Assembly (NCBI GenBank): GCA_051047955.1
Contig: JBPGPT010000047.1
Coordinates: 62,001 to 94,342, forward strand
Length of the DNA: 32,342 bases
Direction of reading: 5' to 3'
Source of the DNA: Cystobasidiomycetes sp. EMM_F5
Taxonomy: Eukaryota
Both the position numbers and the translations under genes were made by a program. Under the pieces are notes generated by a model. That model worked only from the letters and a program-made list of their open reading frames with translations. It did no database searches and had not been told where the DNA came from. Of the stretch, positions 1 through 10,740 are shown piece after piece (position 1 is the stretch's first letter; the number at the start of each line of letters is the position of its first letter).

Positions 1-121
1 CGGAAGGTATTTTACGAGTGTGAGAGACCGGTAGTCGGATAGGAGACGGTCCGCACTATCCATCAGATGAGAGATCCATTCAGTATTTTACCCCACAACC
101 GTTGGTCAATCGAAATGGACG

Positions 122-1105
122 TCAAATACTCACATCGATCACTTCCTCCTTGTCTGGACTCGTTTTCTGCACGCTTTCGAGTGCAAGTATAGCCTCGGCA
201 TACTGCTGATATTTGGGTGTCGCTCCTGCATCGGCAGGCAGGGACGACGCAAAGGCAGTATGAGCCGTCGCTATACTTCTCGCTCGCAGTATGAACGGCG
301 CAAGCACGATGTCGGGGAGGGTCGGATATTCGCCCGAGAAGAAAGGTCCTCGAATCTGTTGCCCGACAATCATGCTGTTAGCGCAAGAGATGATTGTAAA
401 CTACGACTTGTAGCGTACTTCCGCAGCGTACGCATCCAGATTCTTGCAAAGATCGATGCAGGAACTTTGAGGCGTGGCTGTACCGTCCTGTTTTGCGCGA
501 AGTATGCGCATAAATACAGGAATGATCACTCTGCGTATCCAATCTGTCCAAACTCGCTCTCGAGAACGCTCAACCAGGTCGGCCGACCACAGTGGCGGAT
601 ACTTTTCTGAAGAGGGAAATGCTACGAAGTCAAAAGAGGGCGAGTCAGTGATGCAATAGCCAATATTAGAAGAGTATGCCAATCACCATCTGCCAAGTAT
701 TCGATACAGGGAATACTGCCGCGAACACGACGACCGTCTGGCAGCTCGAGGTATGGCAAGAGCTGATTTGGGGTATACTGGAAATGGTCGGTATCCTTCT
801 GGTCGCTGGACGCTTCCTGATAAACAGTCAATCTCGTCATTCAGAACGACCAAGTCTTTGTTTCGAGTATTTCGGTGGCGACACACCCTATACGTATAGG
901 GTATACGACGTTGCTCGAGGGCAATCCAGGCTCGCTGGGCAAACGGCGAGGCTGACGATACGGAATACGGGCAGCGACTTAGTTGGATTACAATATCATT
1001 TGAGACGCCCAGCTCACAGCAGTCGGACACCAGAACCAAGCCAGTCTCGGTTGGGCCAGCATGACCGCGTATCGTGTGCAGCGCAGACCCAGCGTGGGAG
1101 CTCAT
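122..1105 (-). CDS. Glutathione S-transferase, omega-like (spliced; 3' end uncertain, may run to window edge)
   Basis: Joined exons give LVLVSDC|SSPFAQRAWIALEQRRIPYTYR|...TPNQLLPYLE...GSIPCIEYLAD|AFP...PLWSADLVERSRERVWTDWI...|IRGPFFSGEYPTLPDIVLAPF. These match GST N-terminal (xPFAQR, cis-Pro region) and C-terminal (GPFF..G...L.DI.LAPF) motifs. Introns are GT..AG, e.g. 1017-952. A further GTGAGT donor near 133 leaves the last exon unresolved. Confidence 0.8.
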
Positions 1106-1400
1106 TGCAGGCCTTTTATGACAGCAGTGTCATGAGAGATCCATGTCATATTTAAGAGTCATATTAGAAGTGACAGCAACGTGCTGCAAAGCAAGACCCG
1201 CGAGTTGCTCGACATTCTGATCGCCGCGTGGACCGAAATCCGAATATTGACCCAATTACATTACGCAGACGCTCTATGCAGTCTGGACTCTACTATACAC
1301 TATACCCAAGCAAGTCGCATGCTACATGTGGCTTCCGTCCGCCGTCCCATCAACACTCCCGACAAGGTACTCGGCCCCCAGCTCGTTCACTGTTCCATCA

Positions 1401-2452
1401 CTACGACTCTGGGGCGAGTTCCTCTCCGCTCGAATCACTGGCACTCGAATCGCCATCCTCGTTTCTGAGCTTTGCGACTTCAAGAGGTGGAAAGGCGGGT
1501 GCTGATCCCTCGGCTTGGGCAACAAATCCTTCCTTGTAGAGGCCATGTCTTCGAATATACTTGCTGACGCAACCAGGAAGGAGGTACTCGATAGACATGC
1601 CTTTTTTGACAAAAAGTCGGACTTTGGTCGACGAGACGTCGTTTCGTACGAGTTGTGGCACCATGTAGATATTGTCGCGATATAACGCCAAGGGAGAGCG
1701 AGAATGTACAGATGACGACGAGAAGATGCTCTGATCGATTTCGGATTCTGCTCGCTCGATAATATATGTGCCGTATTGGCCAAGAATATGGTGAAGCTGG
1801 ATGAGCAAGCAGCATTAGCGAAATGTTTCGCTCGAGTTCCGAGTAAAGCAACACACATCTTCCTCAGCCCAGACCCCAGGTTCGCTCATTGTCTGGATGA
1901 GATCGCTGCCCGCCAGTAGAATAATACGCACGTCCTTTCTCCCGATCTCATTGCCCTGGTCGTCCACAACCGGCACGCCGCCGCGTTTCTTGTTGATCTC
2001 CTCGTGGAAGTGGTCAAGTACCGGAGCCGTAGGAACGTATCTGTCCGAGCGTGCTTCCCAAGGGTCCACCATCAGCCAATCGCTTGTTCTGTCGCATGCC
2101 AGCCTGCACATGTTGTAGCGGTGTGGAGCAGGAGCGAGACCTGGCTTCTTGTATGCATCGTTGACGAGAGATAGATAGCCTCCTACTACTTGAAATTTTG
2201 TATGTAGCCGGGCATCGTCCTTTGCCATTTCAAACATGCGGAGGTGCAGAAAAGTCACTGGACTGAAACTTCCACAAGCGACGAGGACCAGGGGCGTCTT
2301 TGTTGGATCTGAATGTTCATTCCAACAGCATTGGAGCTCGTCAGCGCGCAGTTTGGCAGAGTATCTAGCATTATCCGAAATGCCGCAACTAAATCCAACT
2401 AACCCCGGAGAGACTCCAGTCGTCTGGTAGGGAAAATGTAGTCGCCCTGCAT
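1401..2452 (-). CDS. NMA1: Nicotinamide/nicotinate mononucleotide adenylyltransferase (NMNAT)
   Basis: MQGDYIFPTRRLESLR|DPTKTPLVLVACGSFSPVTFLHLRMFEMAKD (intron 2403-2309), VNDAYKKPGL, WLMVDPWEA, LLAGSDLIQTM, NDVSSTKVRLFVKKGMSIEYLLP. The start could lie further upstream in the same open frame (to about 2750). Confidence 0.95.
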
Positions 2453-2828
2453 GGCTGATATACTACGATAATGAGTTTGGCGACTCTCCGGAAGGCTGTG
2501 GTTGCCTCGTCGATGTTCTCGCTTGGGCTGACTGACTGCTCGGGTGGAGCTTGGAGCCAACGAGACGGTCCCGCAACGCCAGACAAAGGCGAGCCTGGTG
2601 GTCGTCTTGACTTGGTCGTATTTACTGGTAGAAATATTCACAGTAATATTCACACAGAATTGTTGGGTTGCAAAGTCGCAAAGCCGCTCGGTCTCATGAC
2701 TCGCCACAAAATAGGGATGACATGACATGCGCGGTTGCAGTAACATTTGCAAAGACTGAAGATGCGACTACCACTGCTCCTAAATATGCTGGTAGACATG
2801 TATGCCAATGCGATGCACTCACTGATAC

Positions 2829-4283
2829 TCAGTTCAAGCCTACTTTACTGAGAAGTTTAGCGAGCTCATCGCCTTCCCTGTCGTTCGCAGACGCAGGCTT
2901 AGCAGGCTCCTCTTCCTCTTCCTCTGCTAGCTGAATACGAAGACCGAGGAGTCAGCAATCATGGCCTTTCTTTCGCCCTCGTCTTTGCTCACCTTGTCTG
3001 CCTGTACTAATGGCGCCTCTGTACCTCGGACGTCCTCCCCGCCTGTCTCCGCACTGCCGGCAACGACTACCTCCTCGACTTCTCCAGCAGCGTCATCTTC
3101 CTCGCTTGCTACTTCCTCTTCCTCCTCGTCCTCTTCCGCATCATCCTCGACCTCCTCGACATCGTCAATCTCGTCGATTGCGTCTTCAAAGCCATTCGCG
3201 GAGAGAGCTTCACGAAGCTTGACCATGCTATCGTCATCGCTTTCGACTCGGTTGCCGTTCAATTCGACTACTGAAAGCTGCTTGAGGTGAAGCCGGACTG
3301 CGTCAGCAAGCACGTTGATCGCTCTGACGTCGACCTCGTCCGACTGGAGTTTCAGACTCTCTAGCTCTTTGTTCCTCCCCTCCAGCAGCGCATTCGTCAA
3401 AGCTAGAGCGCCTTTCGGTCGCAACAGGCAGTCTGACAGGTTTAGGTGTTTTAGTCTTGGCCAGCTTTTTAAGGATTTCGCAATGGCAGAACTGCCAGAG
3501 TAGGCCGCAGTGTTGTCTTGCAGATCCAACGTTTCCAAGTTTGGACAGTTCTGCAATCCTCTAGCCAGAGCAGCAATGCCCTCCATGCGGATACCATTCT
3601 GTACCATACGTACTTCGCGCAGACTTGTGCCCAACGCAGCGTATGCTTGAGCAAAGAAGGGAGCTGACCCATTCTCCAGGCGATTCCGACCACAGACTAC
3701 TGTTGCAATGCGTTGCGATGGCGAAGTGCTTTTGGCGTTGTTGAGCAATGCTTTCGCAATGACTGTGCCCCCCGCCGGACCCATTCCGTTGTTGAGAAGT
3801 TTAAAGACGGAAAAGTATTTGTTCCCCGTGATGAATGGGACCATGGGATCCGCAACGCGTCCCCCGAACGCATTGTCGGATAGGTCCACCTCGACGAGCG
3901 TATCAATTTCGACGAGTGCGTCACACAGCGCCTGGAGAGCCTGAGGAATCTCGGTAATCAGGCGACCTGTAAATATGTCTGCAAAGTCTGCAATCTATCC
4001 AGCAAATACACCATTCAGCCGCTTTGTCGCATAATTTCAGACGCCACTTGTATTGATTGACCTCGAGGTGTTTTTTGGTCTTGATGATTTCTGCAAGATC
4101 CTGGCACGCCTCGACTCCGAGCGTGTTTCCTCCCAGGCGAATCTCTCTGACATCGCTGCCCATGTCGGCCAACACTTTGCAGTACGGCGCAATGTCGTCC
4201 TTGGAGGTCAGCTTGAGGCCTTTGCCATGGATGCTGAAGACGCCGTCTGCAGCCTGCGTAACATCTGCGGTCGTGGATGCCAT
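2829..4283 (-). CDS. RNA1: Ran GTPase-activating protein (LRR domain plus acidic tail)
   Basis: FSIHGKGLKL, LGGNTLGVEAC, ADIFTGRLITEIP, VDLSDNAFG, CGRNRLENGSA, QNGIRMEG, LDLQDNT, followed by a long Asp/Glu tract. Last exon is LAEEEEEEPAKP...LLSKVGLN* with stop at 2829-2831. Confidence 0.95.
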
Positions 4284-4417
4284 ACTTGCAGGCAAAAAGC
4301 AGACCAAGGCAGCAGCAGTATCTTCAGGTTGTACAGAACTGAGACGTCTTTTCCAAAATATTACTCATGATCATCAAGTCTGCAGCGGCGGCTAGCTTCT
4401 GCTCCAACATAGACCAC

Positions 4418-5387
4418 ATGAGTGATGCCTCTGCAGAGTTGGACAAGGATGGATTCCAACGCGTATCGAGTTCACGAAAAGCCAGCACTTCCGCCGGGAG
4501 AAAGCGCGGTCGCAAAGGCAATTCAGCGCCGATATCGCTAGAGCAACAGCTACAGTCGAAACGGGACTTGTTGCGTAGATCAGGCTATGATTCGCGTTGT
4601 GCGAGTATGTCGAACGCCTAGTACAAACAGAAAAATGAAGTCGCCGGGCTCATACTCTGTCCGCGGCAGGACTTGCGATTGACGCCGGGCCATCGCTTCA
4701 GCTGAAATCCTGCACCCAATGCATTTGTCTGGGCCTCGGGAGCCTGAGCAATAGCGCCAAACCGCTGTTGCAGCTAGCCCTCCTCGAGGCTTTACTCGAG
4801 GAGTTGGCTGTGAGGATTAAATAAACTGATCTGCCTGGCAGCTCTGACTGACTTGAGCGGCTTTTGCGCTGCTGACAACAGCTCAATCTTCCAGTCACGA
4901 TGATAGATCCAGTTTTTGACAATCAAGACAAGAATTTCTTCGCGGAGAAAGGCTATCGAACACTGGAAGGGTCGGTATGCTCGACCATGTTGCGGCTAGA
5001 CTATGCTACGCTCTAATTGACTGTCAAATCCAGTCACACATTCTTTGCCTAACATCCCGCACATTTCTGTATATGCCACATTGTCCAAGATCTCTTTACG
5101 AAGAGATTCTACAATTGAACAGTAAAAACTTGGATCAAATAGTCTTACTGGGGAACGATATATCCCTCTATGCGGAGAGGTATGCAATACTTCTCGGCTG
5201 TACTTTTTATCTGTAACACTAATGGTGACACGTTCAATAAAGGGAAATCCAAGCTAAACAGCTTGCTCAATTTCCGCATATAGTGTCGCAAAGTCATAAA
5301 TTCAAAAAGCTCGAGCTGGGCACATTCGAAGATAGGCCGGACGCTTTCAATGACATGGCGTGGCAGTGGATAGACGGCAACTCGTGA
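4418..5387 (+). CDS. SRR1-domain protein (SRR1/Ber1-like)
   Basis: Spliced exons give CICLGLGSLS...LLQLALLE, IDPVFD, FLYMPHCPRSLYE, VLLGND and DAFNDMAWQW*, the characteristic motif series of the SRR1 domain. Confidence 0.85.
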
Positions 5388-5606
5388 AGGAGATTCGATG
5401 ACCATCTATCCGCCGTTGTGTATGCGTCAACGCAATAGAGCCACATTTTGTGACAACGAACAAGATAGATCTGTGAGCACGTCTGTTGCGAGACGTCCAC
5501 ATGTACAGTGGGCAAGGATTTCTGCTTGCAAGTATAGCTTCTATCTCGCATCGCTTGCTTACTGACAATCCTTCACAGCTGCAGCTTCAACGAGAGAAGA
5601 CGAATA

Positions 5607-6813
5607 CTATACCAGCTCCAGCTGAATGTCGCGACGGCTGCAGATTTCACGTATCTGGCCCCAATGCCCGTCTTCGTTTTCGTACAGCCTTGGGCAATCC
5701 CGCCTACCAACCGCTAGCTGCTGCAGTGCCGGGCTCCATCTGTCGTCTTCAAGACACCATTCAATTGCAGCGCCAGATCTCCAGTGTTCAACTTCAAGCC
5801 GTCTCAGCGACGATAGGCCGCGAAGAAGGTGGAACAACCAGACCAGTCCTGCCTCGTCGTAGAAGGCGAGGGTCGTAAGATTGCTCAACATTATCGACAA
5901 GTCGATCGTCAAATCTGGGAGCGCTCCGTCTGCCAAGCTGTGCCAGAAGTCGAGGTATAGTGACTTGAGGCGTAATCCACATACTCGCAGCAGAGTAATC
6001 AGCGAGTCAAAGCGATACACTGTACAGCGTAGGTGCTGCAGTCGTGGAGCGTTCTCCACAATAGACACAAGCAAGCCTGCTTGCTTGATTCTCCCACGGC
6101 CTATAAGCAGATTGGCCGTTTGTAAAACGGGAAAGCTCACGGCTGTATCGTAGGACCGTGCCAGGGACAGATCGTCGGGAGAATCGATTGTCAATTCAGT
6201 AATCATGGCAGCGCAAGCTAACAACAATTCTCGAGCTTGTACGAGCAGTCTGTGACACTTGTCTTCGCTTGTCCAGATGGCCAATTCGATGCGAAGTGAC
6301 GTAAACCGTCGAAGATCGAACGCTTCCAAAACATCGATTGGGACGCTCCCGACTTGATCATCGACGATTATCTTGCACGGCGCGAAGAGCAGTGGGAAAG
6401 ATCCTTGCTCATGCCGAATGTCTTCGGGCGGCCTACACGCTCGATGCATGGGTCTTGATGTGAGCGAGACCTTGGTGATATTGTTGGCCAGCTCGCGAGC
6501 ACGAGGCGATGCTGAAGTAGACCAGCTGGCTAGCTGCTTGACTTCTGCCACGGAGACTCTACGAAACGGAATGCCGATAGAGGTTACAGCATCGCATACC
6601 CTTGAGCAGACGGGGGCATAGTCTGAGCGGCCATATGGCCCATTTCAGCCGAAATTTCAGTGATTGGAGGCAATGGAGTGTTTTACTCAGGTGTGAATCG
6701 TCGCCAGATTGGTGCACAAAGATGTTCACGAGTACGTGATGGGGAAGATCGAGGAGGGTAACCTTTGCTTTTCTGACTACAGCACAGGTAGTACGCCTAC
6801 TCTTGCGGGGCAT
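5607..6813 (-). CDS. F-box-like / LRR-like protein (family 1, copy A)
   Basis: N-terminal TLLDLPHHVLVNIF F-box-like start, phase-1 intron 6686-6623, then a Leu-rich region (APRLQHLRC, LKSLYLDF, NLTTLAF, SSLRRLEVE, PALQQLAV). Clear paralog at 9071-10337. Confidence 0.7.
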
Positions 6814-7244
6814 TTTTGTTGCAAAGTTTGCGAAAATTGGATGGATCAAGAGAGCGGTTTCGACATATCGACAGCCAAACGGAGTTAGTTTCTCACACGC
6901 TGTCCGCTGTCGTAGTCGGACGGTCACCAGCGCTTGCCAGCTGTGACTCCTGCGTTGTACAAATGTCGGCGAGTCTGCTTGCGAGTCAGTAATAATCGCA
7001 ACGTCAGTGATAAGTAATTGAATGTTCAATGACACGTCAGCATTAGCCTGTCCATCGCCAGCAGTCAACTCAGCCTCAGCGTACTTCAATCGCATACATT
7101 GATTATAAATCCGTCCCTGATCGGCCCTCCGCCACCAACTCCTGTGCCGGCCCGACGCCTCACTCGCACTGCTGCAATTTGACCAGCATTTTCAAGCAAT
7201 GGCAGAGATTGCAAACAGCCATTAATTTGTGAAAAGTGCCGGTC

Positions 7245-8680
7245 ATGCCTCCCGGGAAGACCATAGCGGAGGTGAGCAGCCGTCTTGAAATAATGCCGCT
7301 TGGAGCATCCGCTGAGCTTTGGTCCATCATTCAATCATCCAGCTCCTTTGGGGCCGCTCCGTTGGTCTCGCCGGGCGAGGTAGTAAAGCTCTACGTCCAT
7401 TCAAGAAGAGCGCCTTTTCGCACTCTCCCCATCTCCACAATGCCAGTCGGAATGGACAGGCCGTTCTGACGTCCAAAATTGGTGGCGGAATATTCATCTC
7501 CCTGCTGAACGACGTCTTTTCAGTCCTCTTCCGCGCGCCTGGCACTGTATCACCCAGAAGAGTTAGGTTCGAGACTGCCACGGACTTGGTCTCACGCATC
7601 AAAAACAGCCACGCTTCATTCCATTCGGCAACGGCAAGCCGGACTACCTGGCGAAATATACGACCACAAGCAGTACCCAGAGCGCCGGCGCAACTTGGTC
7701 TGCAAACGGCTAGATCCTTCTCGAGTAGTCGGCCTGTGTTCGACACTCTCATCCAGAATGCCCCGCTCGGACTGCGAGCGATAGCCGACTACGATGACCT
7801 CGATATGCGCAAATACAAGTATCGGATGCGCTCGACATTTGTCCGATCCGCCTTGGAACACGATATTGATTTGGATACTGTTGTCGCCGAACGGCTGTGG
7901 CAGTCCTACCCAACCTCCTCCGCTTCGTCTTCCGCTTCATCATCCATTGCATCCTCCGCTGCGGTAGTCGAGAGTGTCCCGTCCAGTCAGGATGTCGATC
8001 ACTACTTTCACGCTCACACAAACACAATACTCAAGCCAGTCGCCAAGATTGTCATTCCGCTAAACCCGTACGCAGGCTTTAGCGAGCGCCCGGTATTTGA
8101 TGCAGCGGAAATCGAGGAGAGCGTCGATTGTCACCGCTTGTTATCAAATTCATACCTCAATCAAATACTCGAGCTGCGAGATATTACAGGCAGACACAAT
8201 GCCAAAGTTCGAAATCTTCTCAACGATCTCCAAGGCGCAGGATTTTTCGACGCGGATGTCATCACGGGCGAGAGTTATACCTCGTTTACACTGAACCGAC
8301 GTCTTGCGGTTTGTACCATCACCTTTTATGGAGGCAAATGGAAAGCGATTGATATCCGACAGGTGCTGGGTGTATGGCCAGGCATGGAACCCTGGTATCA
8401 GATCATTGACCTCGAGAACGAGGCATGCGAGTCGTCGTTTGGGGATGTCGACTCGCTCCCCAGCGATATCGACGCGATCCTGCAGGATTCTGCACTCTTG
8501 TCACGCACGGCCTCCGCAACATCGTCTGCTGGGCTACACAACAGCCAGCACGAGCATGACAGGGTGATGCACAGTCTGTGCTTGCCGGAAGCGCGGTGTG
8601 TCCAGTCTAACGACAGCTACATGCTAGGAGTCGACTTCTTCATCCATACGCTCGACAACGCTGGCCGCCCATTCTGGTGA
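7245..8680 (+). CDS. Hypothetical protein (about 450 aa), function unknown
   Basis: ATG 7245 MPPGKTIAE, then a GTGAGC...GCTGAG...TCCAG intron, then a long open exon to TGA 8680. It has an Arg/Ser-rich N-terminal half and the motif LGLQTARSFSSSRPVFDTLIQNAPLGLRA, which from memory resembles uncharacterised basidiomycete proteins (not verified). Confidence 0.75.
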
Positions 8681-9070
8681 CATTTTACAGAAAAACTCCT
8701 AGAAGTTGTTAGCCCATCTTAACATTGCAGTACCTGTATCGTTACTCTGAGACTACATATACACGCTGTGTCAAGTGCGTCAATCTATGCTTATGCACTC
8801 ATCCAGGCTGCATTTCCCATGTTTTGACGTGACTTCATGAGCATTTCGGTGCTTCAATGCAGCAAGCCATCCCGGTGAATATCTTAGATTACATGGTGCG
8901 AGTACGATGTCGTGATGAGCCTAACTATATCACGCTTCATTGACTACGCATTCAGACGATATAGAGCGTCAGGGCGGACAGGAGAAAAGCGTTTTGCTAA
9001 AATTTGAATATATATCTTCGTTGTCGTACTAAATCCGGTACTCTTCAGGAGTCTCTGACCTACAAACTCT

Positions 9071-10337
9071 TCAAGTATACGGCCCAACCTCCTGTAGATC
9101 AATTCCGCGGCGGTGACAATGTTGCCGGATCTGCTTCTGGTGGGGACCTCTTTCGAGTTGACGGGATACCCGCAGTATTTGCAAGGTCGGTATCCAAGCA
9201 TCATCCGCCAAACACTGCTCAATACCGGTGTCTGGACCGGCATCTCCATATGGCCAGTCTATCTCCAGCTGCAGTAAAGAAGAGAGCGGTTTTAAATACG
9301 ATAGTGGTCCTCCAGACTCCGCGAATGCGCGGGCACAGAAGCTTAGTTTCGTGAGATTTGGCAGCGTCTTGACAAACCTTGCGCTATCCTCGAAATGCCA
9401 TTCGGATGTGGTGTTATATTCATCCAAGACCAGGATCGTCAGGGAAGTAAGTTGCGGCCCGCACACTTCCAACAGCGGAACAAGCGACAGTAAGAGCGAC
9501 GGCAGCTCCTCCGCACTGCAGTCCATGTGAATCAATCGTGGAGCGTTCGCCAGTATAGAGGCGTACAATCCCATGGCATCAACAGCTGCAGGCGGCTCGC
9601 AGAATTTAATACGCTCCAAATAGGGAAACTGCACTGTTTCCCCATGTGACCATGCTGGGACTATGTCGATAGGTATGTCAAGGTCCAGTTCGATAATGAA
9701 TGTGGAGACGATAATAAGCATTGCACGAATCTGCAAGATTTGCGCCTGATGTTCCTGTTCGCTTTCCCAGTGACAAGCCCGAATCTCCAAAGTCCGGAGT
9801 CGTCGCGTATCGAGTGAATGGAAAATATCAGCTGACACGGGCGTTCTGGTCATGCCGATGGTGATACAGACAGGCGCCATGCGTTGGGGTGTAGACCCGC
9901 TTCCAGCATCGCCCGGCATGCGTGCCCTTCGCTGGCGAGAGTCATTCCTATCTGCTGAGTATATGCCGATGTTCTGGATGCTATCGACCAATTGGCGCAA
10001 ACGGGGGGATACCGGCCAGCGTTCGGAAGCGAGATCCGCCAACTCGGTCACCGACATTGCGCGATAACTAATGCCTAACGATGTAATGGCCTGGCATACC
10101 GCAGAGGACACAACTGCATAGGCTGCGCAGGCGCAGACCGCTACGAGTCAGCTCGGGAAAACTCGCAGCACATTGTGATATCGTCACGCTACCGAGTCGA
10201 GATTCGCCGAGACTTATATAGGAGAAGATTTCAGCAAGAACGACGTGCGGAAGATCTGAGAATCCTGTTTTGGCGCGAACGACAGGCTGGCATTGGACTG
10301 GGACAATGCCCTGAATAAGCTCATGGCCGCCGGACAT
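9071..10337 (-). CDS. F-box-like / LRR-like protein (family 1, copy B)
   Basis: GFSDLPHVVLAEIFSYI F-box-like start and a phase-1 intron at the same position as in copy A. Aligned blocks: AYAVVSSAVCQAITSLGISYR vs NYAPVCSRVCDAVTSIGIPFR, NAPRL, and IRQHCHRRGIDLQEV vs IREICSRRDIQLELV. Alternative ATG at 10409. Confidence 0.7.
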
Positions 10338-10575
10338 GTGTGCGTGTGTGGTGGGTATAGTCACAATCGATGCAGCTGCTGTTAGTAGCCCACGTCGTAC
10401 GTCGTACACATGTCCTCGGGCGGCGCCGCCCTATGATTATTATCGGACGCTTTAGCGGGATTAGCATTAGTTATCAGCGAGCGTATACGTTACTGTCAGT
10501 AATATTAAGAAAATGTCAGCTGTCCTGGCCTAATAAGCCGTCATTATGCCTGCTTTCGAGTTTGTAATGGACCAA

Positions 10576-10581
10576 CACGTG
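10576..10581. promoter_or_regulatory. CACGTG E-box, candidate Pho4-type site upstream of PHO81-like gene
   Basis: CACGTG lies about 160 bp upstream of ATG 10741. PHO81 is a Pho4 target in Saccharomyces. A single hexamer is weak evidence. Confidence 0.4.
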
Positions 10582-10740
10582 CGCTTTCGGACCATGTATA
10601 GCCTGCCGCGCAAATGATTGTATGGCAAGCCTGCTCTGCGACGATGCTGAAAACATGAGAAAGGCGACACTTTCCAAGTCGCAAAGCCTCCCGCGTTTCC
10701 TGCGCTCGTCCAGCCTGAGTAGGGCCGTCATCCGGGACAA

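Noticed and set aside
885..902. Perfect 18-bp palindrome ACCCTATACGTATAGGGT overlapping a GST exon end and splice donor
   Set aside because: About 0.1 such palindromes are expected by chance in 32 kb. It lies in coding sequence, has no loop and has no second copy.
3060..3190. TCC/TCG-rich repeat-like tract and plus-strand Ser-rich ORFs
   Set aside because: This is the antisense reading of the RanGAP Asp/Glu tail, not an independent repeat or gene.
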